From: a virus
Lineage: Duplodnaviria > Caudoviricetes
IMG/VR virus record: IMGVR_UViG_3300025653_000041
Coordinates: 1-58,718 of that record
DNA length: 58,718 nt
Strand: one strand, 5' to 3'
Shown here piece by piece: positions 44,353 through 52,158 of the stretch. Position numbers and translations under genes: made by a program. The notes beneath the pieces were generated by a model. It ran no database searches. It saw only the letters and a list, made by a program, of their open reading frames with translations, and was not told the DNA's origin. Position 1 is the stretch's first letter. Every line of letters starts with the position of its first letter.

Positions 44353-44500
44353 CACTATAACTAAGACTCACTTAAGTGACTTACTTAAATGTTATTTACT
44401 TCTAATTAAAATACACTATAACTAAGTCACTTAAATGTAGCATTGTTAGCTATCCCTAAATTTTCTTTGCTAATACAGTTTAACTGTAACACTTAAGTGT
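44353..44500. repeat. AT-rich short-repeat array (CACTATAACTAAG x2, ACTTAA x4)
   Basis: Direct repeats plus palindromes TCACTTAAGTGA and ACACTTAAGTGT. Confidence 0.75.
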
Positions 44501-44542
44501 AATGCTATGATTGTCTTATCTGTACAAAGAAAGTTCTTGACA

Positions 44543-44755
44543 ATGGCGAAGAAATCTGTAAAACTATACACAGACAATGTACTTGAAGCATTCTACCATG
44601 CTATCCGTACTAATACATTAGACAAACTCCACATACCCCATAGTGATGTTTTCTACGTGCGACAGGCAGTGGAAGCACACTATGGTCGTTCCTTTACTCT
44701 GAAACACGTAGAAGATGCTATGAGAGCAGAAGGGTGGACAGAGAGGAATGAGTGA
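44543..44755 (+). CDS. hypothetical protein
   Basis: MAKKSVKLY...HIPHSDVFYVR; start uncertain. Confidence 0.55.
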   Translation: MAKKSVKLYTDNVLEAFYHAIRTNTLDKLHIPHSDVFYVRQAVEAHYGRSFTLKHVEDAMRAEGWTERNE

Positions 44756-44955
44756 TGTTTTATGCAGCTATATTAGCCTGTACAATAATAAACCCTGATG
44801 CTTGTGTTGAGGCAGAGGATACTCGTGGTCCATATAAGACCAGAGCAGAGTGTGTCCTACGTGTTGAAGAGATGATAGCAGATACAATACCTCTGTTACC
44901 TCGTATACCTCACAGCTTCAAGTTTAAATGCGCACCTAAAGGAACACCTACGTAA
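44752..44955 (+). CDS. small Cys-containing exported protein
   Basis: Signal-like N-terminus, four Cys, GPY motif. Confidence 0.5.
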   Translation: MMFYAAILACTIINPDACVEAEDTRGPYKTRAECVLRVEEMIADTIPLLPRIPHSFKFKCAPKGTPT

Positions 44956-45248
44956 TGGCTATACCTGAAAGAGTAAAGAATAAAATGAAAGAAGAAGGGT
45001 TGTCTGGCGTTAACAAGCCTAAGAAGACACCTAACCATCCTAAGAAGTCACATTGTGTGATGGCAAAGGAAGGTGACACATACAAGTTTATTCGCTTTGG
45101 ACAGCAAGGCGTATCTGGTGCTGGGAAGAATCCTAAGTCTGCTAAAGACAAAGCACGTAAGAAGTCCTACTATGCACGTCACAATGCACAGGGCAAGCCG
45201 ACCAGCAAGCTGTCAGCGAAGTACTGGTCACATAAAGTGAAATGGTAA
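44955..45248 (+). CDS. basic conserved phage protein
   Basis: NKPKKTPNHPKKSH...IRFGQQG...YYARH...KYWSHKVKW. Confidence 0.7.
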   Translation: MAIPERVKNKMKEEGLSGVNKPKKTPNHPKKSHCVMAKEGDTYKFIRFGQQGVSGAGKNPKSAKDKARKKSYYARHNAQGKPTSKLSAKYWSHKVKW

Positions 45249-45263
45249 TAGGAGAATCAACAG

Positions 45264-46157
45264 ATGTCATTCGCTAAATTTATAGGAGAAATTGCAGAGA
45301 ACGGTATTACTACCGCACGTGCAATGTATGGTAGATTAGATAAAGGTGCTACGGATGCACAAAAGAAACGTATTGATGCTGCTAAAGCAAAATTTAAAGA
45401 GCGTCCTAAATCTCGTAGTAAAACACAATCAGAAGGTATGGCTCAAGACCCAATTGCAGGTGATAAAGTAAAAGGTGCGGTAGACGTACAAAAAGGCAAG
45501 GCTGGTAAGGTAACACAGTCACCGGAGCCGGGTTTCTTACAGCAGCAGCGTAGTGAAGGCTCACGAGCAAGGGCAGAAAGAAAAGTAGAAGCATCTCAAA
45601 AGAAACGTACAGGCAAAACTAAAGCTGAACGCGAAAGCGCAGCCAGACGTGAAGAGGAAATGGAAGCAAAAGATGTTCGTGATACTATGAGTGCTAGGGC
45701 TAAAGCATCTGCTACTGCGCGAGGAAAGAAAAGAAAAGAGCCTGATGATTTTGCCACTGCAATTAATCGCAAGACGGGTGAAATTAATGAGGCGGCGTTT
45801 AATCGCCTAACTAAAAATCAACAAGAGTCTCTTATGCGAGACATTCGTGCAAGATTTAGCACGACACGTGCGCGTGAGATTATGGCTCGTATTGATGAAA
45901 TGGAACCTACAAAAGCAGGTGAGTCAGGTGTTCGTAGACGTAGTGGTAGAGCTAGTGACCGTATTGGAGCAGCACCACGTTCAATGCAAGGACCAAATGC
46001 GAGGTCGCCAAAACCTAGTCCTAGTCGCCGTAAAAGTGGTGTAACTGGACGTGGTGGAGAATCCTTTAATAAGGGTGGTATGCCGCGTAAAGGAAGCATC
46101 GACTACCGTAAAGGTGGTATGGTAAAAGCAATACACAACAATAAAAGAGGTGGCTAA
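45264..46157 (+). CDS. K/R-rich hypothetical protein (possible capsid-internal DNA binder)
   Basis: Very basic; C-terminal FNKGG/YRKGG motifs. Confidence 0.6.
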   Translation: MSFAKFIGEIAENGITTARAMYGRLDKGATDAQKKRIDAAKAKFKERPKSRSKTQSEGMAQDPIAGDKVKGAVDVQKGKAGKVTQSPEPGFLQQQRSEGSRARAERKVEASQKKRTGKTKAERESAARREEEMEAKDVRDTMSARAKASATARGKKRKEPDDFATAINRKTGEINEAAFNRLTKNQQESLMRDIRARFSTTRAREIMARIDEMEPTKAGESGVRRRSGRASDRIGAAPRSMQGPNARSPKPSPSRRKSGVTGRGGESFNKGGMPRKGSIDYRKGGMVKAIHNNKRGG

Positions 46158-46159
46158 AT

Positions 46160-46537
46160 ATGTCTATGAAAGAAAAACCAACGCCAGCTTTGAAAGCTAT
46201 GCTAATGAAGAACAGTGGTGCTACTGCTACAGAAGTTCGTGCTGCTATTAAAGAACTTAAAAAGCGTGGAGAGGATACTCCTGCGCCTTCTATGGTTACA
46301 GGTGGCCGTAAACTTAATAAAGGTGGTTCAGTTAAAAAGGATGTTCCTGTACTAGCTATTAGTATTGGAATGGGTAAAATGAAAAAACCCAAAAAGAAAA
46401 CACAAATGGCCTATGGTGGTATGTCAGGTGGCAAGAAGCATATGTATGCAGCAGGTGGTATGGTTAAAGATAACCCCGGCCTAATAGCATTGAAGGCTGA
46501 AAGCCCAGAAGCGTACAAGAAAATCACTGGTAAGTAA
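46160..46537 (+). CDS. basic hypothetical protein with xxxGG motifs
   Basis: LNKGG, MAYGG, YAAGG. Confidence 0.6.
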   Translation: MSMKEKPTPALKAMLMKNSGATATEVRAAIKELKKRGEDTPAPSMVTGGRKLNKGGSVKKDVPVLAISIGMGKMKKPKKKTQMAYGGMSGGKKHMYAAGGMVKDNPGLIALKAESPEAYKKITGK

Positions 46538-47064
46538 TGCACCCTGTTGAACAGGACATACGTAAGTGGTCACATAACTTTCTTGAGATACCGAATGTAA
46601 AGTTAAATGGCCTACCACCCTGTCCATACGCTAAACAGGCATGGGCAGATAACAAAGTCACATTCAGTATCAACACAGGTATTGATGGGCTGTTAGAAGC
46701 TGTACGTGTATTTGATACACATGACTATGACATTGTGGTGTGGGCTAGTGAAGTACTGCCAGACATAAAGTACCTAGATGGCTTTTGTGATGGCATGAAT
46801 GAATTGATGTCAGTCGCTGGCATTGACTTGCACCTTATGGTGTTCCATCCAGACTATAACGCTGAACAAGCTGGTCTGGACTTTCTAATCGAAGATGACA
46901 TCGTAGATGAATCTTTGACATACTGCATGGTATTCGTGCAGAAGCTATCGCTGCTTGACGATGCAGCACTGAGTCTGGAAAAGAGTGGATACTACAAACA
47001 CTTTCCAGAAGATACATTTGAAAGCCTTGTGCTAGAAAGACGGAGATTACGTAATGAAGGGTAA
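46537..47064 (+). CDS. DUF1415-like protein
   Basis: GLPPCPYAK and MVFHPDY motifs. Confidence 0.55.
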   Translation: MHPVEQDIRKWSHNFLEIPNVKLNGLPPCPYAKQAWADNKVTFSINTGIDGLLEAVRVFDTHDYDIVVWASEVLPDIKYLDGFCDGMNELMSVAGIDLHLMVFHPDYNAEQAGLDFLIEDDIVDESLTYCMVFVQKLSLLDDAALSLEKSGYYKHFPEDTFESLVLERRRLRNEG

Positions 47065-47206
47065 AACTAAAATGGCATCAAAGAAGATGATGCGTGGTGG
47101 TGCAGCTACTAAGACAGCACCGAAGCGTATGCGTGGCGGTGGTATGATGAAAGCAGCATCAAAGAAGAAGATGATGCGCGGTGGCATGGCTAAGAAGAAG
47201 AAGTAA
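47054..47206 (+). CDS. 50-aa K/M/G-rich peptide (not in ORF track)
   Basis: MKGKTKMASKKMMRGG...MRGGG...MMRGGMAKKKK; GGAG SD; TAATG coupling. Confidence 0.7.
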   Translation: MKGKTKMASKKMMRGGAATKTAPKRMRGGGMMKAASKKKMMRGGMAKKKK

Positions 47207-47565
47207 TGCCAGTATTACAATCAGGTTCAAAGTTTCGTACTGAAGTTGTGCCGTTGTCTACAACGAACAAGACAACTGTGTACACTGTACCCGCAAACTT
47301 TTCTTCTCACTTAGGAAACTTTTTTGTGAGTAACAATCATACAGGTAACGTGACTTTGAGCCTACACCTTTTTCATGCAGACGATAACACAGAGTATGAC
47401 CTACTGACTGCCCATAATGTTGCAGGTGGTTCGTATGAGTCTATATTTACTAGAAACAATCAGCTATTTTTACATGCGGGTGATATTATAAAATGCACAG
47501 CAGGTACAGCAAGCAAGCTAGTTGTTACTACGTCATGCGAAGAATTTTTTGACCCAGCGAGATAG
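47206..47565 (+). CDS. small beta-sandwich virion protein
   Basis: TTVYTVP...LFLHAGDII; similar to 9786..10112. Confidence 0.55.
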   Translation: MPVLQSGSKFRTEVVPLSTTNKTTVYTVPANFSSHLGNFFVSNNHTGNVTLSLHLFHADDNTEYDLLTAHNVAGGSYESIFTRNNQLFLHAGDIIKCTAGTASKLVVTTSCEEFFDPAR

Positions 47566-47575
47566 GAGACAGGAG

Positions 47576-47857
47576 ATGGTACGTGTCACTAAAAAGCCAG
47601 CCGCTAAAAAGAAAGCCCCATCGGTTGCAGCGAAAAAGAAACCGACTAGAAAGGTTAGCCTTGCGAAAGGCGGTGCGCCACAGAGCAAATCGAGAGTTAA
47701 CGAAGCTGGCAATTATACTAAGCCCGGAATGAGGAAGCAACAATTCAATCGCATTAAAGCTGGCGGTAAAGGCGGCGCACCCGGTCAGTGGTCAGCGCGT
47801 AAAGCCCAGATGCTTGCGTCTGCTTACAAGAAAGCTGGTGGTGGGTATAAGTCGTGA
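47576..47857 (+). CDS. basic conserved phage protein
   Basis: NYTKPGMRK...GGKGGAPGQWSARKAQMLA..YK..GGGY. Confidence 0.65.
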   Translation: MVRVTKKPAAKKKAPSVAAKKKPTRKVSLAKGGAPQSKSRVNEAGNYTKPGMRKQQFNRIKAGGKGGAPGQWSARKAQMLASAYKKAGGGYKS

Positions 47858-48084
47858 CCGCACACGTATTCCTGCTTCTCGTTTATCTGGGAACCGGGGA
47901 TGCACGTAGACTAGAAAGTGGTGATATGTACTTTCGTGATATAAACGAATGTAATTACTTTGCCTCGCGTGTTACTAAACGCTACGGTAACTACCAATAC
48001 AAATATCTAATAGACCCAAAAGATAGAGTAACTGCGTACTGTGTACCCAGATATGTAAACCCAGAGGATGTAAAACTTTATTAA
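47854..48084 (+). CDS. small exported/membrane protein
   Basis: HVFLLLVYLG...MYF..INEC..FA...AYCVP. Confidence 0.55.
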   Translation: MTAHVFLLLVYLGTGDARRLESGDMYFRDINECNYFASRVTKRYGNYQYKYLIDPKDRVTAYCVPRYVNPEDVKLY

Positions 48085-49175
48085 TGCCGCCACGTAATCA
48101 TAAACAATGGACTAAGACCCCCAGCATAGAACACATCAGTTCGCTTATCTATTCTGACTATGACCTATATGAGCAAGAGATTGAAAAGATATTTGCTAAA
48201 GTATGGGTGCCAGTGTGCCACGAGAGTGAACTACCAGAAGTAGGACGTTATCGTACATCACAGATTGCACACAAGAATGTATTGATTGCACATGAGGCTG
48301 ATGGCATCCAAGCCTATCTGTATCACAACCCCGGCATTATGCGAGTGGCAGGTAATCTGTCTGAACTAGATTATGCTGCATGGGATAAGCTACACACAGA
48401 GGTAGCCTACGGTGGGATGGTGTGGACTACACTAGACCGTAATCCTACACAGGGACTTGAGCAGTGGCTAGATGGTGCGTTTGACTGCATTGATGATGCT
48501 ATCAATACTGAACCACTAGAAGTGTTTCACTACCACAAGGCTATTATTGACACGAACTACAAACTGTGGCATGACACTAACAGTGAGTTCTACCATGACT
48601 TCATGCACTACCACAATAGAGTCACAGGATTTAACGATGCATACTTTGCCCGTAAGAACATACCATTCAACAACGGACACGTAAACGTATCTAGCTTCAC
48701 AGTGAACTACGAAGAGTATGAAGGCTTTGAAGACAGAGGTGAGTTATCTTTCCCTAACCTGCCACCAAACCAGTGGTATATGGTTGACCTGTTCCCCGGC
48801 TTTAACTTCAACTTACGTGGCAGTGCGTACCGTAGCGATAGCGTAACCCCACTTGGACCTAACAAGGTACTGATTGAGTTCCGTGGCTACGGCTTGAAGA
48901 GTGACAGCCCAGAAGATAGAGCCACACGTATTGAACACCACAACTCTATCTGGGGGCCGTTTGGTCGTAACCTACACGAAGACTTGATTGGCGTAGCTGG
49001 TCAAGGGACTACAATGCGTACAGGCACAGAGCCACGTAACATCCTGCATGGGCGACACGAAGGCGGCACAATCCACGATGAGGTGGGTATGCGTCACTAC
49101 TACGCTGAGTGGTCTAAGTGGATGGGCGTATCAGCACAGAATCCTGTAGAAGAACTAGCGGAAGAAGCTGCATAG
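48084..49175 (+). CDS. ring-hydroxylating oxygenase alpha-subunit homolog lacking Rieske cluster ligands
   Basis: EIEKIFAKVW.PVCHESELP N-terminus, NYKLWHDTNSEFYHDFMH, LFPGF, HEDL, DEVGMRHYY.EW; no CxH...CxxH. Confidence 0.85.
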   Translation: MPPRNHKQWTKTPSIEHISSLIYSDYDLYEQEIEKIFAKVWVPVCHESELPEVGRYRTSQIAHKNVLIAHEADGIQAYLYHNPGIMRVAGNLSELDYAAWDKLHTEVAYGGMVWTTLDRNPTQGLEQWLDGAFDCIDDAINTEPLEVFHYHKAIIDTNYKLWHDTNSEFYHDFMHYHNRVTGFNDAYFARKNIPFNNGHVNVSSFTVNYEEYEGFEDRGELSFPNLPPNQWYMVDLFPGFNFNLRGSAYRSDSVTPLGPNKVLIEFRGYGLKSDSPEDRATRIEHHNSIWGPFGRNLHEDLIGVAGQGTTMRTGTEPRNILHGRHEGGTIHDEVGMRHYYAEWSKWMGVSAQNPVEELAEEAA

Positions 49176-49883
49176 ATGGACCCTATTAGCGCAATGGCTA
49201 CAGCATCGGCTGCTTTCGGTGCTATCAAAAAGGGGATGCAAGTAGGTCGTGACATTGAGTCTATGGCTGGTGACTTGTCTCGCTGGATGGGTGCGCTAAG
49301 TGATATTGACCAAGCGCAGAAGGAAGCCAAGAACCCACCTATCTTCAAGAAGCTATTTAGTGGCGCAAGCATTGAAGAAGAAGCTATTACTGCTTTTGCT
49401 AACAAAGAAAAGGCAGCAGCACAGCGATACGAACTGCAACAGTGGATTAGCCTGACTATGGGTAGGTCTAAATGGGATGACCTAGTTCGTATGGAAGGTC
49501 AGATACGTAAGCAGCGACAGCAGACTCTATATAGACAGCGTGAACGTAGACAAAAGTTTGTAGAGATTGTGGCATGGATTGTTATGCTTGGACTAGCTGC
49601 AGCAATTCTTTACTCTTTTATTATGTTCCTTATGTCTAAGCAAGCTAGGGCAGACGAGATAAAGTGGACTACATGTAGACTGGTTGCCTATGAAAGAACT
49701 AAGGTAAAAGAAAATCCATACACAGAATATATCTGTACGTATAAAGGCGCAAACAATACAATCGAAACTATAACGATTAGCGAGTTTTGTCCACGGCAGT
49801 ATCAGTGCATTTATAATCCACGTGAAAAAGACGAACCCACACTGAAGGAAACACTGAAGTCAATTAGGGAAAAACTACAATGA
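49176..49883 (+). CDS. membrane-anchored hypothetical protein
   Basis: MDPISAMA coiled-coil N-terminus, one TM helix, Cys-containing C-terminal domain. Confidence 0.6.
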   Translation: MDPISAMATASAAFGAIKKGMQVGRDIESMAGDLSRWMGALSDIDQAQKEAKNPPIFKKLFSGASIEEEAITAFANKEKAAAQRYELQQWISLTMGRSKWDDLVRMEGQIRKQRQQTLYRQRERRQKFVEIVAWIVMLGLAAAILYSFIMFLMSKQARADEIKWTTCRLVAYERTKVKENPYTEYICTYKGANNTIETITISEFCPRQYQCIYNPREKDEPTLKETLKSIREKLQ

Positions 49884-50119
49884 AAAAACCACAGCAGAGT
49901 TTAAAAAACTGGACAGCACAGAAGTGGCGTACTAAATCAGGCAAGCCTTCTGCAAAGACAGGAGAAAGATATTTACCTGAAAAAGCAATAAAGTCCTTGA
50001 CAAGTGCGGAGTACTCTGCTACAACTAGGGCTAAGAGAAAAGGTAAGGCTGCAGGTAAACAGCACGTAGCACAGCCTAAAGGTATTGCAAAGAAGACAGC
50101 AAGGTTTCGGAGAGGCTAA
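49880..50119 (+). CDS. basic conserved phage protein
   Basis: QQSLKNWTAQKWRTKSGK...ERYLP. Confidence 0.65.
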   Translation: MKKPQQSLKNWTAQKWRTKSGKPSAKTGERYLPEKAIKSLTSAEYSATTRAKRKGKAAGKQHVAQPKGIAKKTARFRRG

Positions 50120-50502
50120 TGTTGAATTTATTGATTGGACCAATTGCTAATTTAGCGGGGACATGGTTAGATGGAAAAGTTGAAAAAACTAAAGCAGAAG
50201 CTGCAACAAAAGTGGCAAGGGCTAAAGCAGAAGCTACAGTCATGGAAAGAAAAGCTACTGGCGAGATTGACTGGGATTTGGAAATGGCTAAAGGTAGTCA
50301 GTCATCGTGGAAAGACGAGTGGCTTACAATTCTGTTCAGTCTACCTCTTGTTCTTGCGTTCATACCGGGTATGGAAGAAATAGTTGCAAACGGATTTGCG
50401 CAACTCAACTCAATGCCTGAATGGTATCAATATTCCTTGGGAGTTATCGTTGCCGCTTCTTTTGGAGTACGTAGCGCAACTAAATTCTTTGGAAAGAAAT
50501 AG
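50119..50502 (+). CDS. holin-like protein (3TM/GTA type)
   Basis: SSWKDEW followed by two TM helices, PEWY, ASFGVR; near lysozyme. Confidence 0.65.
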   Translation: MLNLLIGPIANLAGTWLDGKVEKTKAEAATKVARAKAEATVMERKATGEIDWDLEMAKGSQSSWKDEWLTILFSLPLVLAFIPGMEEIVANGFAQLNSMPEWYQYSLGVIVAASFGVRSATKFFGKK

Positions 50503-50559
50503 TGTACCATATGTGGGACATGCACAACAGGACTACGGAAGAACAAGCGAGGATTAATC

Positions 50560-50763
50560 GTGGCAGAACTAACAATGGAAAGATTTCTAAAGTGGAAGAT
50601 ACTACCCCGCTTTATGATGCTGATGATGTCAATATCAGCGTGGAGAGTAGTGGAATGGTTCATGCTTCTTCCAGACCCGACAACACAACAGTCAGCACTG
50701 GTGAGTGTAGTCACGGGGGCAATGACAGGTGCATTTGCGGTGTGGCTAGGACATGAGAAATGA
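50560..50763 (+). CDS. 2-TM membrane protein (lysis accessory)
   Basis: WKILPR, two hydrophobic helices, coupled to lysozyme. Confidence 0.55.
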   Translation: MAELTMERFLKWKILPRFMMLMMSISAWRVVEWFMLLPDPTTQQSALVSVVTGAMTGAFAVWLGHEK

Positions 50764-51245
50764 AATATCGTAGAGAAGACTTTATACAGAAACTAATTGC
50801 ACATGAAGGTTTACGCCTTCAGGTATATCAGGATACACTTGGAATTGATACTATTGGTATCGGACGTAACCTAGAAGACCGTGGCATCACTAAAGAAGAA
50901 CTGGAATGGATGGACATACCTAATATGGCTATTGTTCATACTGAAGGTATCACGGAAGCAGATGCTATGTATCTAGCACAGAATGACGTGCAGATTGTCG
51001 AGGAAGAACTTGTACGTGCGCACCCTTGCGTAGACAAGCTAGACAGTGTACGTCAACTTGTACTTATGGATATGGCATTCAATATGGGTGTCCCAAGACT
51101 GTGTAAGTTCGTAAAGATGTGGAATGCTATCCATGAAGGTAAATTTGATATTGCAGCAAAAGAAATGCTTGACAGCAGGTGGGCAATTCAGGTAAAATCA
51201 AGAAGTACAAAATTAGCAAATGCAATGCACAATGGTGAGTTTTAA
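50760..51245 (+). CDS. endolysin, T4-lysozyme-like (GH24)
   Basis: HEGLRLQVYQDTLGIDTIGIG (E-x8-D-x5-T), MAFNMG, DSRW. Confidence 0.9.
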   Translation: MKYRREDFIQKLIAHEGLRLQVYQDTLGIDTIGIGRNLEDRGITKEELEWMDIPNMAIVHTEGITEADAMYLAQNDVQIVEEELVRAHPCVDKLDSVRQLVLMDMAFNMGVPRLCKFVKMWNAIHEGKFDIAAKEMLDSRWAIQVKSRSTKLANAMHNGEF

Positions 51246-51616
51246 TGGCTAGACAATTAACTGATAAGCAACAAGCACTACTCAACGTCCTGTTTGAAGA
51301 GGCAGGTGGCGATATGGTGCAAGCAAAGAAACTGGCGGGATATGCTGACACTTCTAGTACTGCAGAAATTGTTAAAGGTCTTAAAGAAGAAATACTTGAG
51401 GCGACTCAAATGTACATGGCACGTAATGCACCGAAGGCTGCGATAGCTATGACACATGCATTGTATGACCCAACTGAGTTAGGCATACGTGATAAGATGT
51501 CTGCCGCTAAAGAACTGCTTGACCGTACTGGTCTGGTAAAAACTGAGAAGATGCAAGTAGAAGCATCGGGCGGTGTAATGCTTATGCCACCTAAAGCAGT
51601 TGTAGAAGATGACTAG
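51245..51616 (+). CDS. putative terminase small subunit
   Basis: LTDKQ...AKKLAGY HTH-like N-terminus, AAKELLDRTG. Confidence 0.6.
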   Translation: MARQLTDKQQALLNVLFEEAGGDMVQAKKLAGYADTSSTAEIVKGLKEEILEATQMYMARNAPKAAIAMTHALYDPTELGIRDKMSAAKELLDRTGLVKTEKMQVEASGGVMLMPPKAVVEDD

Positions 51617-51776
51617 CTTTATTGATTGGGATGCACCCATTAAAGAAAGTAGAAAAAAAGATACCTGTCCGAACTGCATAACTAAAAACATGAAACGTAA
51701 GGGCAAAAACAGACGTATATGTTTAGATTGTGATACATTATTTATTAGGCCAACAAATGACACGCAGCATAGGTAA
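51609..51776 (+). CDS. 55-aa zinc-ribbon protein (not in ORF track)
   Basis: CPNC...CLDC. Confidence 0.5.
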   Translation: MTSFIDWDAPIKESRKKDTCPNCITKNMKRKGKNRRICLDCDTLFIRPTNDTQHR

Positions 51777-52158
51777 GTGGAAGCTACCACAACCAACCGA
51801 CATTAAAGAAGAAAACGAATGGGTGCAGATACCTCGCATTGCAAGGACTGTACCTTTCGGTTATAAAAGAAATGATGAAGACCCCGACATTCTTGACCCA
51901 ATACCAACAGAACTTGACCTGCTAGAGAAGGCTAGGTCACACGTAAATCAGTATAGTTATCGTGAAGTAGCCAACTGGCTAAGTACCAATACAGGAAGGT
52001 ACATATCTCACGTAGGTCTAAGGAAACGGTTACAGAATGAACGACAGCGTAAGAACCAAGCTAAAAGCCTCCTCAAGTGGGCAGAGTATGCGGAAACGGC
52101 AATCGCCAAAGCGAAAAGTCTCCAAGAAGAAAGAACAGGCTCCAAAGCCAACGGTTGA
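51757..52158 (+). CDS. DNA-binding protein with recombinase-like HTH domain
   Basis: RTVPFGYK...YSYREVANWLS...ISHVGLRK. Confidence 0.6.
   Translation: MTRSIGKWKLPQPTDIKEENEWVQIPRIARTVPFGYKRNDEDPDILDPIPTELDLLEKARSHVNQYSYREVANWLSTNTGRYISHVGLRKRLQNERQRKNQAKSLLKWAEYAETAIAKAKSLQEERTGSKANG

Noticed and set aside
40872-44376. TCACTAAAG and GACTCACT/CACTATA resemble T3/T7 RNA polymerase promoters
   Set aside because: No single-subunit RNAP gene is present, the upstream specificity region and +1 GGG are absent, and the TCACTAAAG copies point away from early genes.
50502-50756. 84-aa alternative-frame ORF over the 2-TM gene as an embedded spanin
   Set aside because: No signal peptide or lipobox; the 50560..50763 frame has the better SD and membrane topology.
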